Positions 1 through 10,333 of a stretch of DNA of 64,000 nucleotides are shown in pieces. The stretch covers positions 35,138 to 99,137 of the forward strand of contig CBDATR010000005.1 of NCBI GenBank assembly GCA_965200155.1, given 5' to 3'. The notes under the pieces were generated by a model. The model saw only the letters and a list, made by a program, of their open reading frames with translations, did no database searches and was not told where the DNA came from. The DNA comes from Nitrosopumilaceae archaeon (GTDB taxonomy: Archaea; Thermoproteota; Nitrososphaeria; Nitrososphaerales; Nitrosopumilaceae). A program made the position numbers and the translations under genes. Position 1 is the stretch's first letter; every line of letters begins with the position of its first letter.

Positions 1-152
1 GGCGCGCCTGATAATACGCATGCCCAACAAGTTTGTTCCATGAGAAATACAGTGCTTGCTCTGTCATGATCTTGGCTGGCGCCATGTATTAGTATAGTTT
101 TTTCAGGATTTTTGGTGTTTAGTATATATTCAATCAACGATTATCCTATTCA

Positions 153-1124
153 TTGTCATTTCCAGCACGCCGTCTTCACCGTTTGCGTCGTACCAAAACC
201 ATGAGGCGATTACTCCGGGAGAGCGCCGTTACCGTTGATGATCTGGTCTGTCCAGTATTTGTTGGAGAAGGACTGGAATCCCGTGAGCCCATAGGATCCA
301 TGACGGGAATAGAGCGCATACCTCTGGACATGGTGCGCGACGAGATACTGGATATACGGGATATGGGTATACCTGCTGTTATGCTTTTTGGGATACCACA
401 AAACAAGGACGAGAAGGGAAGCTCCGCGTATGATGATAACGGCATAGTACAGAAGGCCATAGCCGAGTCTCGCAAAGCGACCGATGATATGGTGATAATG
501 GCAGATGTGTGTATGTGTCAGTATACGTCTACGGGTCATTGTGGAATATATGAGGACGGCCGAATAGATAACGACACTTCCATATCATATCTGGGTCGTA
601 TTGCAGCCAGCTACGCAAAAGTTGGTGTAGACGTGGTATCTCCCTCTGCCATGATGGATGGTCAGGTGTCTGCAATCCGTACGCAGTTGGATGATGGTGG
701 CTTTGGGCATGTGGCAATAATGTCGCATACGGCCAAGCACCGTTCCTCCCTGTACTCGCCCTTCCGTGATGCTGCCGACTGTGCCCCAAAATTTGGCGAT
801 CGTCGAAGCTACCAGGTTCCATATACAAACATGCGCGAAGCCATGGCCGAAGTGCAGGCAGATGTGGACGAGGGGGTGGATATAGTAATGATAAAACCGG
901 CGCTACCTTATCTTGATTTGGTAGCTGAGGTAAGGCGGCGATTAGACCTGCCTGTTGCGGCATACAGTGTATCCGGTGAATATGCGCTAGTCCAGGCGGC
1001 GCACAATAATGGCTGGATAGATAAGACTGCTGTTACCCGGGAGATTCTAGGTTCCATAAAACGGGCTGGTGCAGATATTATCATCACCTATTTTGCCAAA
1101 GATATTGCCCGCCTGCTGGATTGA
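153..1124 (+). CDS. hemB: Porphobilinogen synthase (ALA dehydratase)
   Basis: DVCMCQYTSTGHCG zinc site, SPSAMMDG, YSPFRDA, MIKPALPYLD motifs. Confidence 0.97.
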   Translation: MSFPARRLHRLRRTKTMRRLLRESAVTVDDLVCPVFVGEGLESREPIGSMTGIERIPLDMVRDEILDIRDMGIPAVMLFGIPQNKDEKGSSAYDDNGIVQKAIAESRKATDDMVIMADVCMCQYTSTGHCGIYEDGRIDNDTSISYLGRIAASYAKVGVDVVSPSAMMDGQVSAIRTQLDDGGFGHVAIMSHTAKHRSSLYSPFRDAADCAPKFGDRRSYQVPYTNMREAMAEVQADVDEGVDIVMIKPALPYLDLVAEVRRRLDLPVAAYSVSGEYALVQAAHNNGWIDKTAVTREILGSIKRAGADIIITYFAKDIARLLD

Positions 1125-1226
1125 ATACTGCTTGCACGATAATCTGTGTTGTGCCGCTTTCTGTAACTGCTCAGGTTTCCCCTCACATTATACTAATTGT
1201 TATATTTTATGATACGTAAATCCAGA

Positions 1227-2260
1227 TGTAATGTATGAAAAGTCGATCCACTAGTCATTGGCATCCCGCTCCATCCATTTTACATCATTTGCCCTAATTG
1301 TCTGGGGTATGAGTTCACGTCTTCCGGAATCTTGTCGACAAATCACATTAACTGTCGCGATCAGTTGTGCGTAAATTTAAACACAGGTGAACTCATACTG
1401 TCTGGGTCGCCTTTTTATTCCTGAAGCGGCGTTTCGCCGTTATCTATATCCAGTGAGAAGTGCAATCTTCTCTCATTGTAGTAGTCCACATAATCCCGGA
1501 GACTGTCATAATGCAATATCTCGTCCTCAATCGTTCTGTAGAAGCGCTCCAGTTTGCCATTTGTCTGTGGATGGTATGGCCTGGAATTGATTAGTATGAT
1601 GTCTTGATCCAGCAGTTCTTCCTAGAATAGTGGGTTTCCAGTTCTTTTTGTACTTTTATTGTACTACGAAACACGCGCCGTTATCCGAGATGCAGGGGCG
1701 CCGAATCGTTTCATTGCCAGTCTCAGTAATAGAGAGGCGTTCTCTGAGGTTGCATGCTCAAATAGTGCCGCCCCGACTATACACCTGGATGCGTCATCTA
1801 TGAGATTCAGTCTCCCTGAAGCGCTCATCTTTCATGACATGCCAGTGCCACATTACATTGGAATATTTACGCTCGTAGCGTACCCACTCTGACTTTGCAG
1901 GTGATGAGACTGTCGTACCGTTCTTTTTCATTATGCGATATACTGCGCGATATATTGTAATTCTGTCTAAGCCTCTTTGCAATACGTACTACTCCGGCGG
2001 GATTCTTGCTGCATGCTTCAGTTACCATTCGTATCTGGGTGGCGGTGATTGGTATCATAGGCATGCCCATCTTTACTCGAGTCGTTCCCGTTCTCTGGTT
2101 CACAATCTTCGTACGTGCCTTGTTTCAGGTCTTGAGCTATTTTAGTTGTGGCAACGCCTCTTTTGTCTTGATTCCTCTGTTATTCTCTTTACCATCTGAC
2201 TTGTGTAATCTGAACTACTGTACGCCGGATCCTAAGCGGACTTACTTTTCGCACTATTGA
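1227..2260 (-). mobile_element. IS481-family element, pseudogenised (copy A)
   Basis: Reverse complement of the element at 6690-7636; ends TGTAATGTATGAAAAG / TCAATAG; rve-type fragments; interrupted by MITE at 1307. Confidence 0.85.
1307..1398 (+). mobile_element. 92-bp MITE (IS66-derived)
   Basis: TIR GTATGAGTTCAC/GTGAACTCATAC; 8-bp TSD TGTCTGGG. Confidence 0.95.
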
Positions 2261-2444
2261 TAGTTGTCAGTTATATGTCACCTTTTGGTGATCAGAGCAG
2301 GACGCAATTCTCTTTATAGGTACCATACCCGGATATCGTAGAAATGGGACCCACACTCCGGGTAAGGACGGGGATAACAGGGTAATCAGTCCATATTCAA
2401 TCCATGTATTGCACTTGAATCCATGTACCTACTTTACAGCGCCA

Positions 2445-2545
2445 ATGACAGGTATGTGTTTAATTGGAATCTTTTCCGCACGTAACGCATCCCAAATCTT
2501 TGGCACGCCCACAGCTGGTTCTTCGCCGCACATTGAAGGGTCTCT
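2445..2545 (-). pseudogene. Short IS66 transposase fragment
   Basis: ACAGGTATGTGTTTAATTGGAATCTTTTCCGCACGTAACGCA resembles 30456-30496 of the IS66 remnant. Confidence 0.5.
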
Positions 2546-2686
2546 GATTCTAGCTGGTATTAGTGTGGTTTCCAATTATTGCCGCGCTAGATTGGGATTG
2601 TGTGGGCAGGAGACCCGCCTCCTGCGCGCCATGAGTGGAGAGGCAGGAATCCCATGCGGGACATATGTCAAAGATGAGCAAACTAG

Positions 2687-2708
2687 GGGACTTTTATCTA
2701 AAAGTCCA
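2687..2708 (+). mobile_element. 22-bp GGGAC...GTCCA micro-hairpin insertion
   Basis: GGGACTTTTATCTAAAAGTCCA flanked by direct ACTAG/ACTAG. Confidence 0.8.
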
Positions 2709-3007
2709 ACTAGAAGGTAGCGAAAGGATGTAACAGGCGATGATTAGTGGAGATATTCATGAAACCGTATTCAAGTGAGTGGACGTGACAGTCATAATCA
2801 TGTATTAACATCAAAGACACCGTTGCAAACCTTGCTCTATTCCCATACTGTACCTGCAATGACTAGGCGACTGGTGGGAAAAATCATTCCTGGACGCTCA
2901 GGTGGGATTCTGACCCACAACAGGAGTCCAAACACTACTTGGTTATGCTTATCTGTCCGACTAACAGACTTTTAGATTTCAGTGTCCGCCGCAATAACCC
3001 ATGGCAG

Positions 3008-3115
3008 GTATGAGTTCACCTGTGTCTAAATGGAACGGGTCATTCTATAACTGATCGCGACAGTTAAAGAACCGGTTCTTTTGTGCACAAGATTCCGGAA
3101 GACGTGAACTCATAC
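3008..3115 (-). mobile_element. MITE, 108-bp variant of the 92-bp family
   Basis: Same TIRs; TSD CATGGCAG; two internal segments replaced. Confidence 0.93.
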
Positions 3116-3123
3116 CATGGCAG

Positions 3124-3525
3124 TGGTCGCGGCTCCAAAGAGTATGTTTAGGACATTGGCATCCACGCCGGTGGACATCATTGTAAACATCAACATCATT
3201 AATCCACCCAGACCGGCAAATATCATCATGGTTAAAGGAAGCTGCTTTGGCGGAGGCCTTGTCTGCTTGCCAGTGGGCTTTTCCGGAATGACGCCATTCT
3301 TTACTGCCTCCAGGCATACGAACAGTACCGACCATGATTGTGTGATTTCAGGTAATAGTATTCCACGCCGCAGAATGAGCAGGGCTTAGTGGGTATTCCG
3401 TGATCAAACTCCCGGCCAAGATCCACCATGCAATTCTTGCAGTAGTGGCCGGGAATTCGCCACATGTTCTGGAACTTGTATTTCTTCCAGCTTAGCGTCT
3501 TGCCACAACCACTACAGTTAGTCAT
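3124..3525 (-). pseudogene. Frameshifted small Cys-rich (zinc-finger) hypothetical protein
   Basis: CxxC pairs (CSGC, YCKNC, CSFC) split over two frames; MITEs on both sides. Confidence 0.5.
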
Positions 3526-3545
3526 GTCTTTCTCTCATCATTACC

Positions 3546-3637
3546 GTATGAGTTCACGTCTTCCGGAATCTTGTGCACAAATCACATTAACTGTCGCGAT
3601 CAGTTATGCGTAAATTTAGACACAGGTGAACTCATAC
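3546..3637 (+). mobile_element. 92-bp MITE
   Basis: TIRs; TSD TCATTACC. Confidence 0.95.
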
Positions 3638-3674
3638 TCATTACCTTCTTAATACCTGCTCTGGCCTCTATTAT

Positions 3675-3922
3675 GGAAATTATATACGAAAGTAGCACGG
3701 CAGTAGGACTTTCACTAGAATAATGATTCCAGTCCAGGAATGGCGGCATAGTTACAATAAGTCGTATAACAAGTTCAGCCAGGGAACCGGTTCTATTCCA
3801 TGGAATGGTGAATCATTCTAGTTACGCGTAGCGCCATTCTTGGACTGGAACGGGTTACATTCCATTTTCGTCCCTAGTTGGAGCGATACGCTTCTCCTGT
3901 CCTACGTTCGTATATAATTCCC
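3675..3922 (+). mobile_element. ~248-bp MITE, IS1595 (ISNwi1-like ends), copy 1
   Basis: TIR GGAAATTATATACGAA / TTCGTATATAATTCCC; near-identical copy at 9156-9404. Confidence 0.85.
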
Positions 3923-3968
3923 AATCATCACTAACGCGCACATAAATCTGACCTCGACTCAGCTTTGG

Positions 3969-4444
3969 TATAGCGCCCACCATAACTTCTTGTCCGGTAG
4001 ATGACCGTACTTTTATAGAACAACCACTAGAGTAGAATCACCAGATGACGGATGACATAATTTGGACCGTCATTATACCGTTGAAGAAAAATAAGGAGTT
4101 CTCCCGGCGCGCCAAGATATTTGGTTACACATACGATTACGTGTATAACAGGGGCGGTGTCCGAGATTACGCTGGGCGGTTACTACATACCTGGAACCAC
4201 TCGTGAATTGAAACATGATCCGGCCAAGGTCAAGAATAAGAACGAGTACACCAAGTCACCATACGACCTAAAGAAGGGCGATCCACTTTACGTGAATCAG
4301 CTACCGCGTTCTAGAACGGTTATCAGGGGACGGTTTACCCGTACAACCGGAAGCGTCAGGGTGGGAATAATGGCGACAAGCCAAAGCCATGTGCTGCCCA
4401 GGAACGAGGCATCATATTCTCAATGACTTATGGTGACCGCTATA
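3969..4444 (+). mobile_element. Internally deleted TIR-flanked tnpB element (T1)
   Basis: Ends TATAGCGCCCACCATAA / TTATGGTGACCGCTATA; both halves match the ends of 60464-62109. Confidence 0.85.
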
Positions 4445-4477
4445 ATCCAGTGACAACGGGTATATTTTCTAAAAAAA

Positions 4478-4510
4478 TTAGCATAGGCTAAAAAAGTTAG
4501 CATAGGCTAA
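4478..4510. promoter_or_regulatory. Two tandem DtxR/MntR-like operator palindromes
   Basis: TTAGCATAGGCTAA at 4478-4491 and 4497-4510, just upstream of a TATA-like TTTTATAT and the oxidase-ZIP operon. Confidence 0.7.
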
Positions 4511-4541
4511 ATTTTATATTCAGGGCAGAAGATTTCCGTTC

Positions 4542-5540
4542 ATGCGATCTACGCGGGTCATGCTCATAGCTATTCCAGCCTTGGCCGCCCTGTCTCTCCT
4601 GGCAATACTGCCTGATGCATCCACCGCAACAGAGACCACTTTTATCACTCACACAGGTGCGATAATCAGGACCACCGGCGAGGTACTAGACCCGGTATAT
4701 GCGCCCAGCACCGTAGAATTTGATCCCGACGAATTCCTGCGCAACTTTGAGTATGGTAGGATATCGCAGGAGAACGGCCAGACCGTCCGGGAGTACACCA
4801 TAGTGGCGCGTGATGATCAGGTTCAGGAGATATCACCGGGAGTATACTATAATGTGTGGACGTATAACGGGACCGTGCCCGGACCCACCATACGGGCCAC
4901 CGAGGGGGATATAGTACGAATACATTTCATAAACCAGGGCTCAAAGCCCCATACCATGCACTTCCACGGCATACATCCAGCAGAAATGGACGGCGTATTC
5001 GAGATTGTGGGCCAGAACGGCGGCCAGTTTATGTATGAATTTGAGGCTGGACCAGTAGGCGTGCACCCTTACCACTGTCATATAATGCCCCTGGAAGAGC
5101 ACATAGTGCACGGCCTATACGGTATGTTCATCGTGGATCCCCGGGAGGGTAGACCGCCCGCAGACGAGATGGTAATGATTCTAAACGGATTTGATACAGA
5201 TTTTGACGGCGAGAATAATTATTACGCGGCCAATACTGTCCCCTTCTATTACCAACACCACCCCATACAGATAGAGGTAGATCAGCTTGTGCGAATATAC
5301 GTCGCAAACATGGTAGAGTTTGATCCCATCAACAACTTTCACCTGCACGGCAACCTGTACTATTACTACCCAACCGGAACCGACACAGTACCATCCCATT
5401 ATACGGACATGATTACCATGTCCCAGACCGAGCGCGGGATAATGGAGTTCTCCTATACATATCCTGGCATGTATCTGTTCCACGCGCATAAAGTGGAGTT
5501 CTCTGAGAAGGGCTGGGCTGGTACGTTCCTGGTGCAATGA
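4542..5540 (+). CDS. Two-domain multicopper oxidase
   Basis: HTMHFHG, YHCH, HLHG, FHAH copper ligands; signal peptide. Confidence 0.92.
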   Translation: MRSTRVMLIAIPALAALSLLAILPDASTATETTFITHTGAIIRTTGEVLDPVYAPSTVEFDPDEFLRNFEYGRISQENGQTVREYTIVARDDQVQEISPGVYYNVWTYNGTVPGPTIRATEGDIVRIHFINQGSKPHTMHFHGIHPAEMDGVFEIVGQNGGQFMYEFEAGPVGVHPYHCHIMPLEEHIVHGLYGMFIVDPREGRPPADEMVMILNGFDTDFDGENNYYAANTVPFYYQHHPIQIEVDQLVRIYVANMVEFDPINNFHLHGNLYYYYPTGTDTVPSHYTDMITMSQTERGIMEFSYTYPGMYLFHAHKVEFSEKGWAGTFLVQ

Positions 5541-6661
5541 GCGCACGCCAGCTGGCCGCGGCCCTTATACCATTTGCCCTTATAATCATACTAGTCGTAT
5601 ATATCACCGGACCGGGTGCAGATGTCGTAACTACAGGCACCCCGCTGCCGGAGATAACCCTAGAGCGCATAGACTTTGTAGAGGGCGAGGTACAGGTGAC
5701 GGTACGCAACACGGGACCCCTACCAGTCAATATAGTACAGGGCGACGTAAATGATCGTATACAGCCAGCAGCAGTCGAGCCGGACGGCTACCTGACGCGT
5801 TTTGAAACTGCGCTGGTGCGTATCCCATACTCATGGAACCCGGCCGAGCCATATACGCTGGGCATTACGATACAGGACGGTACACGTTTTGAGAGACTAG
5901 TGGAAGCGGCAGCACCGGCAGTCATTCTGGACATCGACAGGATAGGAGAGTTTGCCCTAGTGGGTACCTACATTGGCATAATCCCAGTATTCATCGGATT
6001 GATGTGGCTACCCTTTATACGGCGCCTGGACAAGAATATGCTTTCTTTCTTTCTGGCCCTGACCCTGGGACTGTTGATATTCCTGGGCATAGATACCGTA
6101 GAGGAAGCCGTGGAGATATCCAAAGAGAACCTATCTCCGTCCATGAATAGTGCACTAATGATATTCACCGTGGCTGCTGTCGCCTTTCTGGCATTACAGT
6201 ATACAGGAAGCCGTCTTGGAGAGCAACGCGCCCCGCTGGCCGCGGCACTCTTCATATCCATAGGAATAGGACTGCACAACTTTGGCGAGGGGCTGGCACT
6301 GGGAGCAGCGTTGAATTTGGGGTCCGCGGCATTCTCCGCATATCTTATGGCCGGTTTTGCCATTCATAATACAACAGAGGGCATAGCCATAGCATCCCCC
6401 CTGGCATCACAGAAGCGCATAATCTCCAAGCTAATCATATTTGGAATGATAGCCGGGGCCCCAGCCATATTTGGGGTCTGGACTGGCGGATTCTTCTACT
6501 CCCCTTTGTCGGCCACAATATTCCTGGCGGTGGGAGCAGGCGCAATATTTCAGGTTACATATTCCATATTCAAGTGGATAGGAAACGTATCCACACCCCA
6601 CATATGCGGAGGCATGACTGTAGGGATAGTCATAATGTATGTCACCAGCATCATAGTGTAG
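5537..6661 (+). CDS. ZIP-family divalent metal transporter
   Basis: LHNFGEG and IHNTTEG motifs, multiple TM helices. Confidence 0.92.
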   Translation: MSARQLAAALIPFALIIILVVYITGPGADVVTTGTPLPEITLERIDFVEGEVQVTVRNTGPLPVNIVQGDVNDRIQPAAVEPDGYLTRFETALVRIPYSWNPAEPYTLGITIQDGTRFERLVEAAAPAVILDIDRIGEFALVGTYIGIIPVFIGLMWLPFIRRLDKNMLSFFLALTLGLLIFLGIDTVEEAVEISKENLSPSMNSALMIFTVAAVAFLALQYTGSRLGEQRAPLAAALFISIGIGLHNFGEGLALGAALNLGSAAFSAYLMAGFAIHNTTEGIAIASPLASQKRIISKLIIFGMIAGAPAIFGVWTGGFFYSPLSATIFLAVGAGAIFQVTYSIFKWIGNVSTPHICGGMTVGIVIMYVTSIIV

Positions 6662-6689
6662 AAACACGCCTGTGTCTGGATTTACGTAT

Positions 6690-7636
6690 TCAATAGTACG
6701 ACAAGTAAGTCCGATTAGGATCCGGCGTACAGTAGTTCAGATTGCACAAGCCAGATGGTAAAGAGAATAACAGAGGAATCAAGACAAAAGAGGCGTTGCC
6801 ACAACTAAAATAGCTCAAGACCAACATGAGTACAAGACACGTACGAAGATTGTTAACCAGAGAACGGGAACGACTCAAGTAAAGATAGGCAGGCCCATGA
6901 TACTAATCACCGCCACCCAGATACGAATGGTAACTGAAGCAATACAGCAAGGATCCCGCCGGAGTAGTACGTATTGCAAAGAGGCTTAGATAGAATTACA
7001 ATATATCGCGTAGTATATCGCATAATGAAAAAGAACGGTACAGCAGGATCATCACCTGCAAAGTCAGAGTGGGTACACTATGAGCGTAAATATTCCAATG
7101 CAATGTGGCACTGGCATGTCATGAAAGATGAGCGCTTCAAGGGACTGAATCTCATAGATGATGCATCCAGGTGTATAGTCGGGGCGGCACTATTTGAGCA
7201 TGCAACCTCAGAGAACGCCGTTCTATTACTGAGACTGGCAATGAAACGATTCGGCGCCCCTGCATCTCGGATAACGGCGCGTGTTTCGTAGGACAATAAA
7301 AGGGCAAAAAGAACTGGAAACCCACTATTCTAGGAAGAACTGCTGGATCAATACATCATACTAATCAGTTCCAGACCATGCCACCCGCAGACAAATGGCA
7401 AACTGGAGCGCTTCCATGGAATGATTGAGGATAAGATATGGCATTATGACAGTCTCCGGGATTATGTGGACTACTACAATGAGAGAAGGTTGCACTTCTC
7501 ACTGGATATAGATAACGGCGAAACGCTGCTCATGGCCTTTAGGAATAAAAAGGCGACCCAGACAATCAGGGCAAATGATGTAAAATGGATGGAGCGAGAT
7601 ACCAATGACTAGCGGACCGACTTTTCATACATTACA
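6690..7636 (+). mobile_element. IS481-family element, pseudogenised (copy B)
   Basis: IDDASRCIVG, DNG, HPQTNGKLERF, YYNERRLHFSL fragments in shifted frames. Confidence 0.87.
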
Positions 7637-8839
7637 TCCGGACTAGAACCAGGCACAACCTATATGGTAAATGTATACGCTGATAACACCAAAGCAATGA
7701 GCGTCGGCTCGTTCAACTTTGAAACCAGGGACACGAACCATTCCATTATGATAGAGGACCTGGATACCACTGCTATATCGCACCATGCCGCATCCTTCTC
7801 GTGGATGGCGAATCATCCGGGTTTCTTTGGGTATAGGGTGACGACTGACTCCAATGATGTTATAACACAGGGCCATACAGGTTATTATCAGGCCAATACA
7901 ACCATTAATCTAGACGTTGACAGCCTGCAACCGGGCACCAACTACAACTTAAAGGTCAGCGCCCTATATAATGGAACTAATTATGTGGAGGTAGGCTCCG
8001 CGACAAAATCATTCTCCACTACTAATCCTCCACTGGCAGACCTTGCCGTACACAAGACATTCTCTACTCATGTAGATTTAACGTGGACCGCAATATCCAG
8101 GCAGTCTGAGTATATTGTGAAGGTAACGGATTCATCCGGTCATGTAACGAGTCATACAACACACCACGCCCCGGCCGATTCCATTGTTAAATATAGATTA
8201 TATGGACTTGAACCATGTCAATCTTATACTGTAATGGTATCGGCCCCATCTCACCCGGTTACCGGTCCGGCTACGGATTCAGACCCAATCACATTCTCCA
8301 CTTGGAATACTAAACCAATACGTAGTACAGACAAAGTGTCACGTGTTGGCTACTGCTATTTAGATGAGAGTAGTATCACAATACATTGGGACCGGTATGA
8401 GAATGGTAATAGCTATGTGGTGTTTCTAACAGGGAACGATGGCGATACGACCAGACATGTGGCAAATGGAATCTCACATACTATACATGATTTGATACCA
8501 GGTACCACGTATAGAGTTGAGGTCCAGCTAAATGGTAATGAAAATACAAAGTCACACAAGATACATTTCACTCCCTCATTCCCGACACATATGTGGGGAC
8601 TTGTAGTGACTAGTAAAACTGATGGTGCTACTGCTTCCTGGCAGAAATATGGTGATACAAACGACTATGTGATTCGCGTGAATGATTCCAATGGCGCAAG
8701 AGTACTCGTGAATCATGTTGCCGGAACCACTCATACTATAACAGGCTTGGATTCAGATACCTCATACCAGGTACTAGTCCGGCTCAAGGGTGACACTACT
8801 ATGTTCTCAAATACCAAGACATTCACGACACTCCAGTAA
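7637..8839 (+). CDS. Fibronectin type III repeat protein, 5'-truncated by IS481
   Basis: Repeated GL(E/Q)PGTxY FN3 motifs; frame is open from the IS end (SGLEPGTTY precedes ATG 7664); no signal peptide. Confidence 0.8.
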   Translation, partial: SGLEPGTTYMVNVYADNTKAMSVGSFNFETRDTNHSIMIEDLDTTAISHHAASFSWMANHPGFFGYRVTTDSNDVITQGHTGYYQANTTINLDVDSLQPGTNYNLKVSALYNGTNYVEVGSATKSFSTTNPPLADLAVHKTFSTHVDLTWTAISRQSEYIVKVTDSSGHVTSHTTHHAPADSIVKYRLYGLEPCQSYTVMVSAPSHPVTGPATDSDPITFSTWNTKPIRSTDKVSRVGYCYLDESSITIHWDRYENGNSYVVFLTGNDGDTTRHVANGISHTIHDLIPGTTYRVEVQLNGNENTKSHKIHFTPSFPTHMWGLVVTSKTDGATASWQKYGDTNDYVIRVNDSNGARVLVNHVAGTTHTITGLDSDTSYQVLVRLKGDTTMFSNTKTFTTLQ

Positions 8840-8861
8840 CTTGCAATTACAAAGAATGGGT

Positions 8862-8991
8862 GTGTGAGTTCACGTCTTGGAACGTAACCGGTTACTCCAA
8901 TCTTATGCACAAAATAGTAACCGGTTACTCTTTAACTGTCGCGATCAGTTATAGAATGACCCGTTCCATTTAGACACAGGTGAACTCATAC
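8862..8991 (+). mobile_element. MITE, 130-bp variant of the 92-bp family
   Basis: TIRs present, three internal segments replaced, no TSD. Confidence 0.88.
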
Positions 8992-9155
8992 CGCGCAAGA
9001 CTGCCACCACTCATGATGAACGTCAATAACGAACTACAGAATCATGGAACTACAGGTGGTGAGAAGTGGATGACTGGTGAATAATACATGATTCGCGGTG
9101 TACCTGTTCGCCATGCTGGATTCTGGTTGGATAAGATGGTTGCCACACTTGAGCA

Positions 9156-9404
9156 GGAAATTATATACGAAAGTAGCACTGCAGTAGGGCTTTCACTAGA
9201 ATAATGATTTCCAGTCCAGGAATGGCGGCATAGTTACAATAAGTCGTGTAACAAGTTCAACCAGGGAACCGGTTCTATTCCATGGAATGGTGAATCATTC
9301 TAGTTACGCGTAGCGCCATTCTTGGACTGGAACGGGTTACATTCCATTTTCGTCCCTAGTTGGAGCGATACGCTTCTCCTGTGCTACTTTCGTATATAAT
9401 TCCC
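9156..9404 (+). mobile_element. ~248-bp IS1595-like MITE, copy 2
   Basis: Near-identical to 3675-3922; TIR GGAAATTATATACGAAAGTAGCAC / GTGCTACTTTCGTATATAATTCCC. Confidence 0.85.
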
Positions 9405-9512
9405 TGATGATTGGTACTGTTAGTGTGTGTAATCTAGTGGAGTGAAATCTTACCCCCTGGATTATCTGTTGTATATCCCTACCTTTTAATGGGCAGTGCC
9501 ATATCATAAATT

Positions 9513-10028
9513 GTGCAAAGACCCACGTTGATACTGCTGGGCATGGCTGCCCTACTTGCTGCTGGTATGGGTCTGTCTATTTACTCCACCCAGGTAGTCT
9601 TTGATACCCTGTCCATGTCACAGAACTCCGTTGAACTAGGTGTTCCACTGAGTATATCCTCGGACATACCCCCCGGTGAAGGCGTGTTTGCAGTGGAGAT
9701 CATAGACTATACTGAGGGCATGAGGCTGAATGCCCAAGTTTTGGGCCCCTTGGGCTCATCGATGCGGTCTGTTACCATAGATGATTCTGTATACCAGGAT
9801 GTCTTTATCGTAGATGAGCAACACCAGTACACGCTGGTACTGGAATCTGACTACTCTGAGTCCATAAACGTGGTGGCTGTCATAGGACCTGCCCCGGATG
9901 CAGCCCAGAATACACTGGGATTTGTATCACTATACATGCTACTGGTAGGCGTGGTGGGGATGATTGCCTCTACCGTATATGTAATAATACTGCGTCGGCG
10001 TTCTGACAGGCCGCGTCTGGGCTATTAG
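9513..10028 (+). CDS. Hypothetical membrane protein
   Basis: N- and C-terminal hydrophobic helices, basic tail. Confidence 0.75.
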   Translation: MQRPTLILLGMAALLAAGMGLSIYSTQVVFDTLSMSQNSVELGVPLSISSDIPPGEGVFAVEIIDYTEGMRLNAQVLGPLGSSMRSVTIDDSVYQDVFIVDEQHQYTLVLESDYSESINVVAVIGPAPDAAQNTLGFVSLYMLLVGVVGMIASTVYVIILRRRSDRPRLGY

Positions 10029-10036
10029 GCATTGTT

Positions 10037-10333
10037 CTAGTTAAGGTACGAGTCCATCTCTGTAACGCTGTCTATTATGCCGTTGTAGTTTTCCTCATTT
10101 TCCATTAGTGATGCCAGCTTTTCTGCGTCTGCTGTTAGCATATCGTCATTTCGTATAATGAAGCCATGCTCTATCATGTATCCCAGTTTGTCCTCAATCT
10201 CGTTCATGTCCAGTCCGTACTTGTCCATCAGGTATCCCATATTCTTGGGTCCGCTCTCCAGTTCTGCTATTATGGGGCCTGTAACCTCGTCTAGCATACA
10301 CTCCATGAGCTTCTCTGCATCATATGCTGTCAT
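10037..10333 (-). CDS. Small winged-helix-like hypothetical protein
   Basis: Overlaps the vWA stop; helix pattern ending YMIEHGFI. Confidence 0.65.
   Translation of the reverse strand: MTAYDAEKLMECMLDEVTGPIIAELESGPKNMGYLMDKYGLDMNEIEDKLGYMIEHGFIIRNDDMLTADAEKLASLMENEENYNGIIDSVTEMDSYLN

Noticed and set aside
2369-2386. 16/18 match to the I-SceI site (GGGATAACAGGGTAAT)
   Set aside because: No rRNA or vector context; most likely chance
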